From positions 1 to 48,694 of the IMG/VR virus record IMGVR_UViG_3300030523_000008: a stretch of DNA of 48,694 bases; one strand, 5' to 3'. This DNA comes from a virus (taxonomy: Duplodnaviria; Caudoviricetes). Positions 9,210-17,511 of this stretch are shown piece after piece (positions within the stretch are counted from its first letter, which is position 1; every line of letters starts with the position of its first letter). Below the pieces are notes generated by a model. The model made no database searches, was not told where the DNA came from, and was given only the letters and a program-made list of their open reading frames with translations. A program made the translations under genes and the position numbers.

Positions 9210-9300
9210 CTTGCACCTCCATGCAGGCTGGTTAGGGCCGCATGAGCGTTACGAGCGCTTCATGCGGCCTGTTTGTTATAGAGTAGTAGCACAATAGATC
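9192..9300. promoter_or_regulatory. Structured leader, promoter and putative antisense RNA of the GIY-YIG gene
   Basis: TATAAC -10 (- strand), hairpin 9236-9269, CTAACC, RBS in a small hairpin; antisense -10 TACGTT at 9192; same layout at 16637-16725. Confidence 0.65.
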
Positions 9301-9339
9301 AAAGACAAAATGTCGGATACGTCGAGAAGGGGCACGGGG

Positions 9340-9597
9340 TCAGAACCGTTCCTGGCGCTTAGCTCCGCCCTCATTCGAGGGTTGCCGGAAGACTCCAGGG
9401 ATATCGTCGTGGAAGACAAAGTCCCGGATCACAGCTACCTCGGTCGGAGACATACGACCGCTCCGCACAGCATCATCCACGACACGGACCACGGCCCATG
9501 CGAGCGATCCGGGATAGTTGCACGTCCAGGTCACATGACCCGCACTGTCAGTTTCTGGAAGCGTGCTCTGGGGATTGGCGAAAGGGTCCATCGTCAC
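9340..9597 (-). CDS. Hypothetical protein
   Basis: Start overlaps the neck gene stop; no motif recognised. Confidence 0.4.
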   Translation of the reverse strand: MTMDPFANPQSTLPETDSAGHVTWTCNYPGSLAWAVVRVVDDAVRSGRMSPTEVAVIRDFVFHDDIPGVFRQPSNEGGAKRQERF

Positions 9598-10202
9598 TTG
9601 TCCCGGATCACGAAGGTGATGGCGCGCCGGAGCTGCCCGGTATCCACGAGCGGAACCACCAGCCCGGCGCCCTGCAGGATGTCATCGGGCGTACCCTGCG
9701 CCTGAAGATCCAGGTACTGGCGCGCGCGTTTGGATACAGCCGCTTGACTGAGCTTCCCAGAGTCCGGGTTACGGCGACGAGCCCGCGCCTCGATGGTGCG
9801 CTGGCTCAGGGGGACGAACGACCCGTCCGTGATCTTCGCCTGGACGCTGCTCACCGCGACTAGGCCAGCCTTAGCGAAGCCCCGCGCTGCGGCACCAGCA
9901 TCGCCCGTCAGCACCTCGGCTCCGGCCGTCTTCAGCGTGTCCGCGATCTTGTCGCGCACAGCGTCGATGCCGGGAGTGAGGAACGGCCTGGCCGGGATGT
10001 TCCTGTCAGGGTCGCCGAACTCCATCGTGTAGCCGATCACGGCGTTAGATGGTGGCGTGCCTTTCTCGTCTGGCTCCGGCTTGCGCTCGGCCGTGGTGTC
10101 CGGGATGCCGACAAGGAGTCGCTGCCGGACGAGGTCGCGCGTTGCGGCGCCAAGCGAAGCGAACTTGCCTGGCCTGGACGAAACGGTCGACCGGGCCGGC
10201 AT
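9594..10202 (-). CDS. Neck/tail-completion protein
   Basis: LLVGIP..NAVIGYTMEFGDP..NIPARPFL..PLVDTGQLRRAIT. Confidence 0.85.
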   Translation of the reverse strand: MPARSTVSSRPGKFASLGAATRDLVRQRLLVGIPDTTAERKPEPDEKGTPPSNAVIGYTMEFGDPDRNIPARPFLTPGIDAVRDKIADTLKTAGAEVLTGDAGAAARGFAKAGLVAVSSVQAKITDGSFVPLSQRTIEARARRRNPDSGKLSQAAVSKRARQYLDLQAQGTPDDILQGAGLVVPLVDTGQLRRAITFVIRDK

Positions 10203-10549
10203 CAGGTCGACTTGGCCGCGACCGGCGTGACCGTGACGGTTGCAGGCGCGATGGTGATGGGCGCTGCGGGCGCATGGGCCGACGGGGCAGGAACTGGCCG
10301 TTCCACGGGCTGTGCCGCGGGTTGTGTCTCGCGCTCGGCGCGCGCCTTCATCCACGACTCTTTGTCGAGCGCCATCGCGGCCCACTCGTCATCGGTCATC
10401 TCCTCCACCGGCTTGATACCGAGACCGTTTCCATCGGCATGGTTCGCCAGTTCGTCCGGGACCGCGTGGATGCCGCGGAACAACATGATCTCCCGACCCG
10501 AGGATGGGAGCGTCGTCCGCGTGAAGGTGGGGATGTAGAACTCGGTCAT
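10202..10549 (-). CDS. Phage hypothetical protein (STY1053-like)
   Basis: F.GIH.VPDELANH motif, Pro/Ala-rich tail, coupled to neighbours. Confidence 0.65.
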   Translation of the reverse strand: MTEFYIPTFTRTTLPSSGREIMLFRGIHAVPDELANHADGNGLGIKPVEEMTDDEWAAMALDKESWMKARAERETQPAAQPVERPVPAPSAHAPAAPITIAPATVTVTPVAAKST

Positions 10550-10556
10550 GGAAGCC

Positions 10557-10979
10557 TCAGAACCACTGAAAAGGGTAGGAAGGCCGGCGCGAAGGGCCAG
10601 GAATGTAGACCGGGCCGAGCCGAGCCTTCATCATCGCGAGCAGGCGTTGGCCATAAGTGGTGGCGTTCCACGATCCGGCCCCGGCCGTGGCCGTCAATGT
10701 CGTGTCATAGGACTTCGACACTGGTCCGACCGACTTTGACGCCACTGTGCCGACCGCACCGACGCTTGCGATCCCGGCTCGTGCGGCCTGCGCCGACAGA
10801 GCGAGGTTATGGGCGACGAACAGCATCACCGCGAGGGTGTAGGACGTCCCGAAACGGGCCGCATCGAGTTGCGCCTCGCCCAGCGTCTCCCAGAAGGTGA
10901 ACTGGCCGGGAGGAAACGCCGTCGCGTCCGCGAACTCTGGAAAAGCAGCGACGAAGTCCGGTTGAGCAACGACGCCCAT
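10557..10979 (-). CDS. Head-tail adaptor (DUF4054-like)
   Basis: F.AAFPEFAD..LFVAHNL..SKSVGPVSKSYD..WNATTYG. Confidence 0.88.
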   Translation of the reverse strand: MGVVAQPDFVAAFPEFADATAFPPGQFTFWETLGEAQLDAARFGTSYTLAVMLFVAHNLALSAQAARAGIASVGAVGTVASKSVGPVSKSYDTTLTATAGAGSWNATTYGQRLLAMMKARLGPVYIPGPSRRPSYPFQWF

Positions 10980-10981
10980 GT

Positions 10982-11056
10982 TTAAAACCCATGCCCCGGC
11001 GACGGTCGTGAGCGTGATGCGAATGTCGGGAAGGAAAACGTCGCTACAGCGCCCAT
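10982..11056 (-). pseudogene. 24-codon remnant resembling a DUF4054 N-terminus
   Basis: MGAVATFSFPTFASR.. with GAGG RBS, ending 2 nt before the intact adaptor gene. Confidence 0.4.
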
Positions 11057-11067
11057 AGTCGCAAGCC

Positions 11068-11913
11068 TCAATTCATCGCGTTCGCTTCCCAGAAGCACAG
11101 CCCGGCATCGCTAGCGACGGTTGTGTTATTGATGGTCGCGGCCACGAGGATCGGCCCACTCTCGACGGCCGTCGAGTCGACAGATTGCGTCATGCCGGCA
11201 TGAGATGAACCCGAGATCGCACCGTTCGATGTCACGGTCTGAGTGTTCGACCCTGCGGCGCCGCGCTTGAACACGTTGCCTGACACCTGCCAGGACCCGC
11301 CGTTGGTGGTCTGCGCCCCAGTATCGGCCATAAGGACACCGCCCGTACCGATCACCTGTCCGACGACAGCAGTCGCAGGCGTCCACCATAAGCGGACGCG
11401 CTTGCTGTTGGCGGTGGCGGCGTAGTTTCCGTTCGCTACCACCATGAGACCGCGGTTAGTCCCAACGAAGCCGTCGAGCGCGTTGGCGGGCAGCGTGTAG
11501 ATCGCCACCACGTAGTCAGCCCCGATGCCGGCCGGCACCACCATGCCGGCGACGCCGGGGACTTGGCGGTTGATATTGCCCTCTTCGGCGAAGAAGCCGG
11601 AAGACGCGCCGAACTGCGTCACCTCGTTCGGCGGATTGGTGCCACCATTGGCGTAGTCGGCACCGTCGAACACCCATCTGGCATTGCCGGGTGTTGCGTC
11701 GCGGCAAAACCAAAAGCGCAGTGCGCCGGGAGTCGCGTTGAACAGCAGGGACCCGACAACGTAACCCTGCGTCGCGTCCTGGCTCGAACCAGGATCGGAC
11801 GCGGCGGTGAGAGTCGCGATGCCGACCGATTGCAGTACGCCGCCCCCGATCGGGGCTGGCATTTGCATGTCGCGCTCGCCGGTCGCGACGTCGAAAATAC
11901 GGAGGAGACCCAT
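11068..11913 (-). CDS. Putative virion accessory/decoration protein, beta-rich
   Basis: Gly/Ala/Thr-rich 281 aa, GAGG RBS, in head module. Confidence 0.7.
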   Translation of the reverse strand: MGLLRIFDVATGERDMQMPAPIGGGVLQSVGIATLTAASDPGSSQDATQGYVVGSLLFNATPGALRFWFCRDATPGNARWVFDGADYANGGTNPPNEVTQFGASSGFFAEEGNINRQVPGVAGMVVPAGIGADYVVAIYTLPANALDGFVGTNRGLMVVANGNYAATANSKRVRLWWTPATAVVGQVIGTGGVLMADTGAQTTNGGSWQVSGNVFKRGAAGSNTQTVTSNGAISGSSHAGMTQSVDSTAVESGPILVAATINNTTVASDAGLCFWEANAMN

Positions 11914-11921
11914 AACCTACC

Positions 11922-12398
11922 TCACTTCGTGCCCGCGCCGACCGGAGGCTTGATCGGCGCTGTGGCCGCCATGGCGGGCGCCGCCATCTTCGGGGGTTCC
12001 TGACCAGGCGCATCTGCGGACACCGGCTGCGGGCCGGCCTCGCCGAACCGCATGGCTTCCGCCTTCACCGGGCCGGCATCCTTGAGGGTCGAACCCTCGG
12101 AAGCGGATTTCCCCATCTCGCTTGAAACCATGGCCTTCAGTGCCGGCTCGAACCCGAACTCCTGGTCCGGCTCGTCACCCTTCATCTCGGTGACATAACC
12201 GTCCGTGATGAGACTCGGCTTGGTGTCGGCCCATGCCTTGTAGACCTTGGCGTCATCGCCCGAAAACGAGTTGACGCCGGAGGCGATGACGCCCTGCTTC
12301 AACACGGGGCTGTCGCCCGGCTTCTCGGGATCGGGATGCGGTTCGGAGATGCGGATCGCGAGCGGCAGGGTAGACTTGATGCGAAGCGTGTCGGCCAT
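11922..12398 (-). CDS. Phage hypothetical protein
   Basis: GAGGA RBS; weak resemblance to the neighbour 12432-12902. Confidence 0.75.
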   Translation of the reverse strand: MADTLRIKSTLPLAIRISEPHPDPEKPGDSPVLKQGVIASGVNSFSGDDAKVYKAWADTKPSLITDGYVTEMKGDEPDQEFGFEPALKAMVSSEMGKSASEGSTLKDAGPVKAEAMRFGEAGPQPVSADAPGQEPPKMAAPAMAATAPIKPPVGAGTK

Positions 12399-12431
12399 TG
12401 TAGTGTCCTCAAAGCGGCAAGCCGCTTGGTG

Positions 12432-12902
12432 TCAGGTGGCGTCCGCCTTGGTAATCCTGCGAGCGAATTCGGAAGGAGGCCTGTCGATATTGAACGGTTC
12501 CATACCGCTCATGACATCGACCTTCTCTTTCGCGATCCCCTCGACGGTGTCGAGCTTCTCGAACGCGATAAGGAAACCGTTCTTCAACGGCGGGAAATCT
12601 CTGTTCTGCGCAGCCCACTTGTCCCAGAATTCTTTCGGAACGTAGGTCAAGGCATAGCCGCCAATGGTGCCACCATCCACAGCACGGCGTGCGCCGACAA
12701 TGCGCGCGTCGGACACCCGAGCATGATGGCGGGAGAAACCCTTGACGATGTGCGTCTCAGCATCGGGGGATGGATCGAAGACGCGAAGCTTCTCTTCGTG
12801 AACCGCGCCTCCAACGTTAGCGCGAACTACGTGATCGACCTGAAGTTTCAGGGCGATCGGCATGGCAGTCTTGTTGCCCACGACGACCGTCGTTCCTGCC
12901 AT
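12432..12902 (-). CDS. Conserved post-capsid hypothetical protein
   Basis: TVVVGNK..GGYALTYVPKEFWDKW..NGFLIA..SGMEP. Confidence 0.8.
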   Translation of the reverse strand: MAGTTVVVGNKTAMPIALKLQVDHVVRANVGGAVHEEKLRVFDPSPDAETHIVKGFSRHHARVSDARIVGARRAVDGGTIGGYALTYVPKEFWDKWAAQNRDFPPLKNGFLIAFEKLDTVEGIAKEKVDVMSGMEPFNIDRPPSEFARRITKADAT

Positions 12903-12904
12903 CG

Positions 12905-13963
12905 TCAGACTCCGAGCATCTGGGCCGCCGCGAGCGGATACTTGATGATAGCGCCGAACGTGGTGCCAGCGACTTTCTGCTTCGAAGCAGAAAGCTCACG
13001 CACCACCGGGAATTCACGCATTTTCTCGCCGAAGCCGCAGAACCCGACATCGTGCCCATCGTAGCTCTTGGCCCAGAGCTGGATCAGATTACCAGCCGGA
13101 GTCGCGTAGCGCGGGTCGGTGATGACTGTCAGCTTGAACACCTTGTCAAGCATCGCCTGAGCGGTGAGACCAAAAGAGTTGGTCGAACCGAGGGCCAGCG
13201 CAATGATCGGCGGACCGACCATAACTACTTCCTCGGCTGGGTTGACATAGCCCGGCGACTGACTAAGTAGGGTCCCTACCATCGCTTGCACATCCACCGT
13301 GATCTCGTTCGGCGAGGCCACGACGATACCGTTGTTCACCCACTTGGTGCCGCCAGCCGCTTTGGTGGACGGCGTGATGGCAGGCGAGAGGTTCGGATCG
13401 TTGATGATCCCATAGTTCTGCTCACCAGCGATACCGAAGTGATAGCTGTAATCAGCGAACTTATCCATGACCTTCGCGGCAGAGATCTTCATCTCCGACA
13501 CGTAGTTGAGCTTGGCGAGGCCGGCGAGTTCGGTGGCCTTGTCGCCGTACTCGATGATGGTCTGGTACGAGAACGACTGGCGAAAGGCGAAGTCAGTGTT
13601 GACGTTCGTGTTGCCGTCATCATTAAAGTCACCGTAGCCGACGACGCGGCCGGTGTTCTCGATGATCTGGAACTGAGCGGTCTGGGTGAGCCAGTCGCCG
13701 AGCTTTTTCTCTCCCAAGATATCCGCTCCCTTGTTCGGGGTTTGGAGTACTCGGATCACCTCGGGATCAACGTAGATACCGGCGAAGAATGGGATACCGG
13801 CAGACGGCGTCGTGACGAGCGACGGCTGGGCATCGAGTGCCATCATGATCTTCTGCGAGAGGGTGTAGTTCTTGCGGAACTCCTCGGGCATGAAATCTTG
13901 AGCGAGGGGCACGATGCCCCAATCGTCTTTAAGACTGGCGGGAATAGGAGCGTGATAAGACAT
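12905..13963 (-). CDS. Major capsid protein (DUF2184-like)
   Basis: DAQPSLVT..GIP..YVDP..KKLGDW..YGDF..RQSF.YQT..YGIINDPNL..QK..GTTFGAIIKYP. Confidence 0.92.
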   Translation of the reverse strand: MSYHAPIPASLKDDWGIVPLAQDFMPEEFRKNYTLSQKIMMALDAQPSLVTTPSAGIPFFAGIYVDPEVIRVLQTPNKGADILGEKKLGDWLTQTAQFQIIENTGRVVGYGDFNDDGNTNVNTDFAFRQSFSYQTIIEYGDKATELAGLAKLNYVSEMKISAAKVMDKFADYSYHFGIAGEQNYGIINDPNLSPAITPSTKAAGGTKWVNNGIVVASPNEITVDVQAMVGTLLSQSPGYVNPAEEVVMVGPPIIALALGSTNSFGLTAQAMLDKVFKLTVITDPRYATPAGNLIQLWAKSYDGHDVGFCGFGEKMREFPVVRELSASKQKVAGTTFGAIIKYPLAAAQMLGV

Positions 13964-13985
13964 GATGTCAGGAGCCTTTCGCCGC

Positions 13986-14489
13986 TCAGCCCGGCAGGAG
14001 CTTGTTGATGAAGGTCACTTCGCCAGCTGCGCAGGCGAGCTTCGCGTACCACCCCGTCTCGGTGCTGCCCGAAACAGTGGCTCCAGGCGCGGCGAAGCTC
14101 CACGTTCCGTTGGTGTTGTTCGCAAAAGCCTTCATGCCGACCGCAACTGCGGATACGCCGAAGTTCTTGACGATGAAGTCGGCATTATCGAACAGCTCGC
14201 CAACGGCAAAACCGGCCGGCACGCTGTAACCGTAGGTGACGAGATAAGCCTGAATGAGCGCCTGCATGTTGCGATGCAGGATACCCATAGGCAGGCCAGT
14301 GCCGGCGTTCGACAGGATTGAGCCCGTGGCGGTATCGGCCCAGCATGCCAAGCCGATAGTCAGCCCGTTCGATCCGGCCGAGAATCCACCGGGAGGCGCC
14401 AGGACGGAATGGCGCGGGTTGGCGGACGCAAAGTCGCCGGGAAGACCGATTGCGGGGTTGACGTTGACGGAAACGGGGAAGTCGGCCAT
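13986..14489 (-). CDS. Head decoration/cement protein
   Basis: FP.SVN..PA.G.PGDFASANPR; lies between scaffold and capsid. Confidence 0.82.
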   Translation of the reverse strand: MADFPVSVNVNPAIGLPGDFASANPRHSVLAPPGGFSAGSNGLTIGLACWADTATGSILSNAGTGLPMGILHRNMQALIQAYLVTYGYSVPAGFAVGELFDNADFIVKNFGVSAVAVGMKAFANNTNGTWSFAAPGATVSGSTETGWYAKLACAAGEVTFINKLLPG

Positions 14490-14496
14490 GTCGCCC

Positions 14497-15918
14497 TCAG
14501 TTCTTCAGACGGCTGGAGTTCGGGAACGCCTTGGTGTCGTAGGTGACGCCTGTGGGCGCAGCGTCCTGCGCGAAGCGACGCGGCTCGGACTTCACTTGGC
14601 TGGCGTGCCCATGGACCTCGACAAGGTCGGCAAGAGCATCGGGGTGCTTGCCCTCATGCTTGACCTTGAGGATATCAAGCGCGGCCCGATGCACGGCTTC
14701 GGCGCTGTCACACGCCATGGCGATCTCACCGACGTACGGGCGGACGAAACGCTCAGCCTCGCGGATAGCGTTCATCTCGACGCGGACGTCGGCGGCGGCA
14801 TCCTTGCGGGTCTGGACCATGGCCGCGTCCATGGCAGTCTTGCTGACCATGTCGGGCTTGCCCTTGTCCTGCGCGCTCGGGGCGGCAAGCGTGCCGCGCT
14901 TGCGACGATCCTCGGCGTCGCCCGAGCCCAGCATGTCCTTCAGCTTCGCCATGTCCTCGTCGGAAATTTTGCCGTCGAGGAACGACAGGATAGCTTCCGC
15001 ATCAGGCGCGTCGGTACCATCGGGCTTGACGGTCGGATCGGGGTCTGTCACCGCCGCGGCGATGTTGTCCGACTCGTTTTTCATCACCTCGGCGATCTCT
15101 TCGACGATGCCCTGGACGTCGGCCTGATCCATATCGGCATCGGCAGCGAGCTTCGGCCGTACCGCGGCGTCGAACGCCTTGGCGATGACCGGCGCCTTGG
15201 CCAGGATGGTCTTCGACGTCACGCCCTTCAGCATGGGCAGGAGGTCGATCTTGGCGTCCTGCGCAAGCCGGGGCTTCGCATAGGCCATGAGGGCGCCACG
15301 GGCCACGTCGGCCGTGCGGGATAGGACAGCCGACTTAGGCATGGGGAACACCTCTTTCAGGGATCGGGGTTTGGCGTCGTGGACCAGGACGTCCGGACCG
15401 GCGCGGCCTTCTTTGACCAGCGCAACATGATTGGCCCTCAGGTTCCGCATAACGCCGTCGTATTTTTCACCTTCAGGTGAAGTCCCGGAAGTCATATCCG
15501 GGTCGTAAGCGTAACCGCACGACAGTTGCTGCCGTTCTTCGGACTCGATCCCATCAATGGCTTGCTTAGTCCAGATGTTTAGCCCGGCCATCAAGAAGGG
15601 AGGCTTCCATACCGGATTAGCTACATTACCAGCTACCTCTTCGTGAGGATGGTCGGTGGCATGGACCGGTTTATGGATGATGAGGAGAGGCTTGCCATCG
15701 AATGTATCGGCTGCCTTTTCAAGCTCACCAGGGTCTCGGTATAGCCGATAGATCTTGTCTGATGCGAGCCCGAGCTTCTGCCAGCCGGGGATCTCGCGCC
15801 CGAGATAGCTGTTCACGCATGCCTTGCTGATGGGCGTCAGGCTGACGTGAAGGTGACCGGTGTCCTCATCCTTGGTGCGAACGGAGGCGCGGTCGAGCGC
15901 GAGGCGGAGTTCGGTCAT
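14497..15918 (-). CDS. Prohead protease/scaffold (DUF2213-like)
   Basis: DRASVR..ISKACV..YLGREIP..QLSCGY.YD..NHVALV.EGRAGPDV; AMD/AQD repeats. Confidence 0.92.
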   Translation of the reverse strand: MTELRLALDRASVRTKDEDTGHLHVSLTPISKACVNSYLGREIPGWQKLGLASDKIYRLYRDPGELEKAADTFDGKPLLIIHKPVHATDHPHEEVAGNVANPVWKPPFLMAGLNIWTKQAIDGIESEERQQLSCGYAYDPDMTSGTSPEGEKYDGVMRNLRANHVALVKEGRAGPDVLVHDAKPRSLKEVFPMPKSAVLSRTADVARGALMAYAKPRLAQDAKIDLLPMLKGVTSKTILAKAPVIAKAFDAAVRPKLAADADMDQADVQGIVEEIAEVMKNESDNIAAAVTDPDPTVKPDGTDAPDAEAILSFLDGKISDEDMAKLKDMLGSGDAEDRRKRGTLAAPSAQDKGKPDMVSKTAMDAAMVQTRKDAAADVRVEMNAIREAERFVRPYVGEIAMACDSAEAVHRAALDILKVKHEGKHPDALADLVEVHGHASQVKSEPRRFAQDAAPTGVTYDTKAFPNSSRLKN

Positions 15919-15932
15919 CGGCTCAACGCCTC

Positions 15933-15976
15933 AAAAAGTGCGGGCTCACGCGGCGGAGAGGGACCGCGCGCCCGCT
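15933..15976 (-). terminator. Terminator-like hairpin upstream of the scaffold gene
   Basis: GCGGGC..GCCCGC stem followed by ACTTTTT on - strand. Confidence 0.45.
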
Positions 15977-16027
15977 GCCGGTGTTTTCGCCCACCGCCGG
16001 CCGGGGCGAGCCGTTCGTTAGATCAGG

Positions 16028-16654
16028 CTAAAGCAGCCGGCCATTGCTTTGCGCCCACTCTATCGGGTCACGTGCGTGCTTGCTGTGGTTGCAAGGAGGA
16101 CAGAGTAATTGAAGATTGGATCGATCGTTAGAACCACCTCGCGCCAGAGGCATGATATGGTCGACGTCGTATCGCTTCCGAATATCAGATCTGCAGTTCA
16201 CACATCGACCACGCTGAATGGCCAATAGTTTCCTGATGTCATCTTTGGTATGGACACCTGAAGCGTTCCGTCTCCGAGCCTTGTGAGCGCGAGCGCGACA
16301 AAGAGCATCTTCTGGATTCAGCCGCCCACGCTCACGGTTTCTAGCGTCGCATACCTCTTTGTTTTCCCAATAGTAAAACTTTGACTTTGCGGCAAGCGAT
16401 CCTCGATTACGAGCTTTCCACCTTGCGTCCAAGATCCGACGTTTGGCCAGAAATTCTTCGCGAGTCATACTTGTACGAGGACTGACACCTCGCGCTCGGC
16501 GCTTTCTTTCTAGACCTTCCCGGCTGCACTCACAACAAGATCCCCCACTGGTCTGGCGTTGAGCAATATGCCCGCGCCTGCAAGCTGTGCCAGTAAAGTA
16601 CCGCCTCAACCCATTTGCCTTGGCATCGGCACGAGTTATGATCTTATCAGCCAT
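16028..16654 (-). CDS. HNH homing endonuclease
   Basis: YFTGTACRRGH N-domain; RCVNC..VDHIMPLARGGSN..NLQLLCPPCN.SK. Confidence 0.9.
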   Translation of the reverse strand: MADKIITRADAKANGLRRYFTGTACRRGHIAQRQTSGGSCCECSREGLERKRRARGVSPRTSMTREEFLAKRRILDARWKARNRGSLAAKSKFYYWENKEVCDARNRERGRLNPEDALCRARAHKARRRNASGVHTKDDIRKLLAIQRGRCVNCRSDIRKRYDVDHIMPLARGGSNDRSNLQLLCPPCNHSKHARDPIEWAQSNGRLL

Positions 16655-16725
16655 GCTGCGCTCCTACGCGGCTGGTTAGGGCCGGCAGGAGTGTTGACGC
16701 ACCCTGTCGGCCCGTCAGTTATACC
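16637..16725. promoter_or_regulatory. Structured leader, promoter and putative antisense RNA of the HNH gene
   Basis: TGGTATAAC (- strand), hairpin 16679-16713, CTAACC, RBS hairpin; antisense -10 TATGAT at 16637. Confidence 0.65.
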
Positions 16726-16743
16726 AGACTATTTGATCTAGAC

Positions 16744-17511
16744 CTACTCAAGATTGATGAGTGGCTCGGCATAACATCTGCAATTCCAGATACATCCGGG
16801 CAAGTTCCTATGTCCTGGATCACACTCTGGCGGGTCATCCCATCGAAACGTAAGGCCATCCAGCTTTCGGTGGCTTTCCCGGACATCGCCGTCCCGACTG
16901 GTTCTCCAGATGAAATGCGTAGAACCGACATGCACGGCCCTGGCCTGCGTCAAGGCCGTGGCGGCACGCCCGACCTCGGTGCGGGCGATCAGATCAGCGC
17001 GGGACCGCGTAACTTCGCCCGTCCGTAAGATCTCGGCCGCCAATTCCGGCGCCCGCATCCCCTTGGCCAGGCCCTCGGTCGCTATCCGATGCACCCGCTC
17101 GGCCGCCTCGCGAGGAAGCGAGGTGATCAACTCTACCTGATCCTGCATCAGCCGATGCATGACGGTGCCGGTCGGAGCGGTCTCGATCTCACGATGGACT
17201 GCACGTCCGATCTCGGCCGACAGCTTCCGCCACGACCGCGCGTCGGACTGTGCCACTTCCGTCACGACACGATCGGCCTCAGCCTCAGCCCACGGCCGAA
17301 TAGCCTCGCCGTAGCGCAGCATGGCGGCCTGCATCGTAGCTTGCCCCGCCGCCGACGCAGGGTTGAAGCCTCGTGCGATGTCATCGACGTGGCGCGCGAT
17401 CTTACGAAGCTGCGCGGTGTACCGTTTCACGAGCTTCTTTGCCCGGATAAAGGCCGAGCGAAGAGACGCCCTATCCTGGGCAATGCCAAGCGCCGCGAGG
17501 TTGCGACCCAT
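16744..17511 (-). CDS. Minor head protein (Mu gpF/SPP1 gp7-like)
   Basis: RADLIARTEV..WRTSRDGDVRESH..PGCIWNCRCYAEP. Confidence 0.92.
   Translation of the reverse strand: MGRNLAALGIAQDRASLRSAFIRAKKLVKRYTAQLRKIARHVDDIARGFNPASAAGQATMQAAMLRYGEAIRPWAEAEADRVVTEVAQSDARSWRKLSAEIGRAVHREIETAPTGTVMHRLMQDQVELITSLPREAAERVHRIATEGLAKGMRAPELAAEILRTGEVTRSRADLIARTEVGRAATALTQARAVHVGSTHFIWRTSRDGDVRESHRKLDGLTFRWDDPPECDPGHRNLPGCIWNCRCYAEPLINLE

Noticed and set aside
8421-9300. Group I intron hosting the GIY-YIG gene
   Set aside because: Flanking genes appear intact and there is no room for an intron core
16744-17511. MuF polymorphic toxin
   Set aside because: Protein ends right after CRC; no toxin extension
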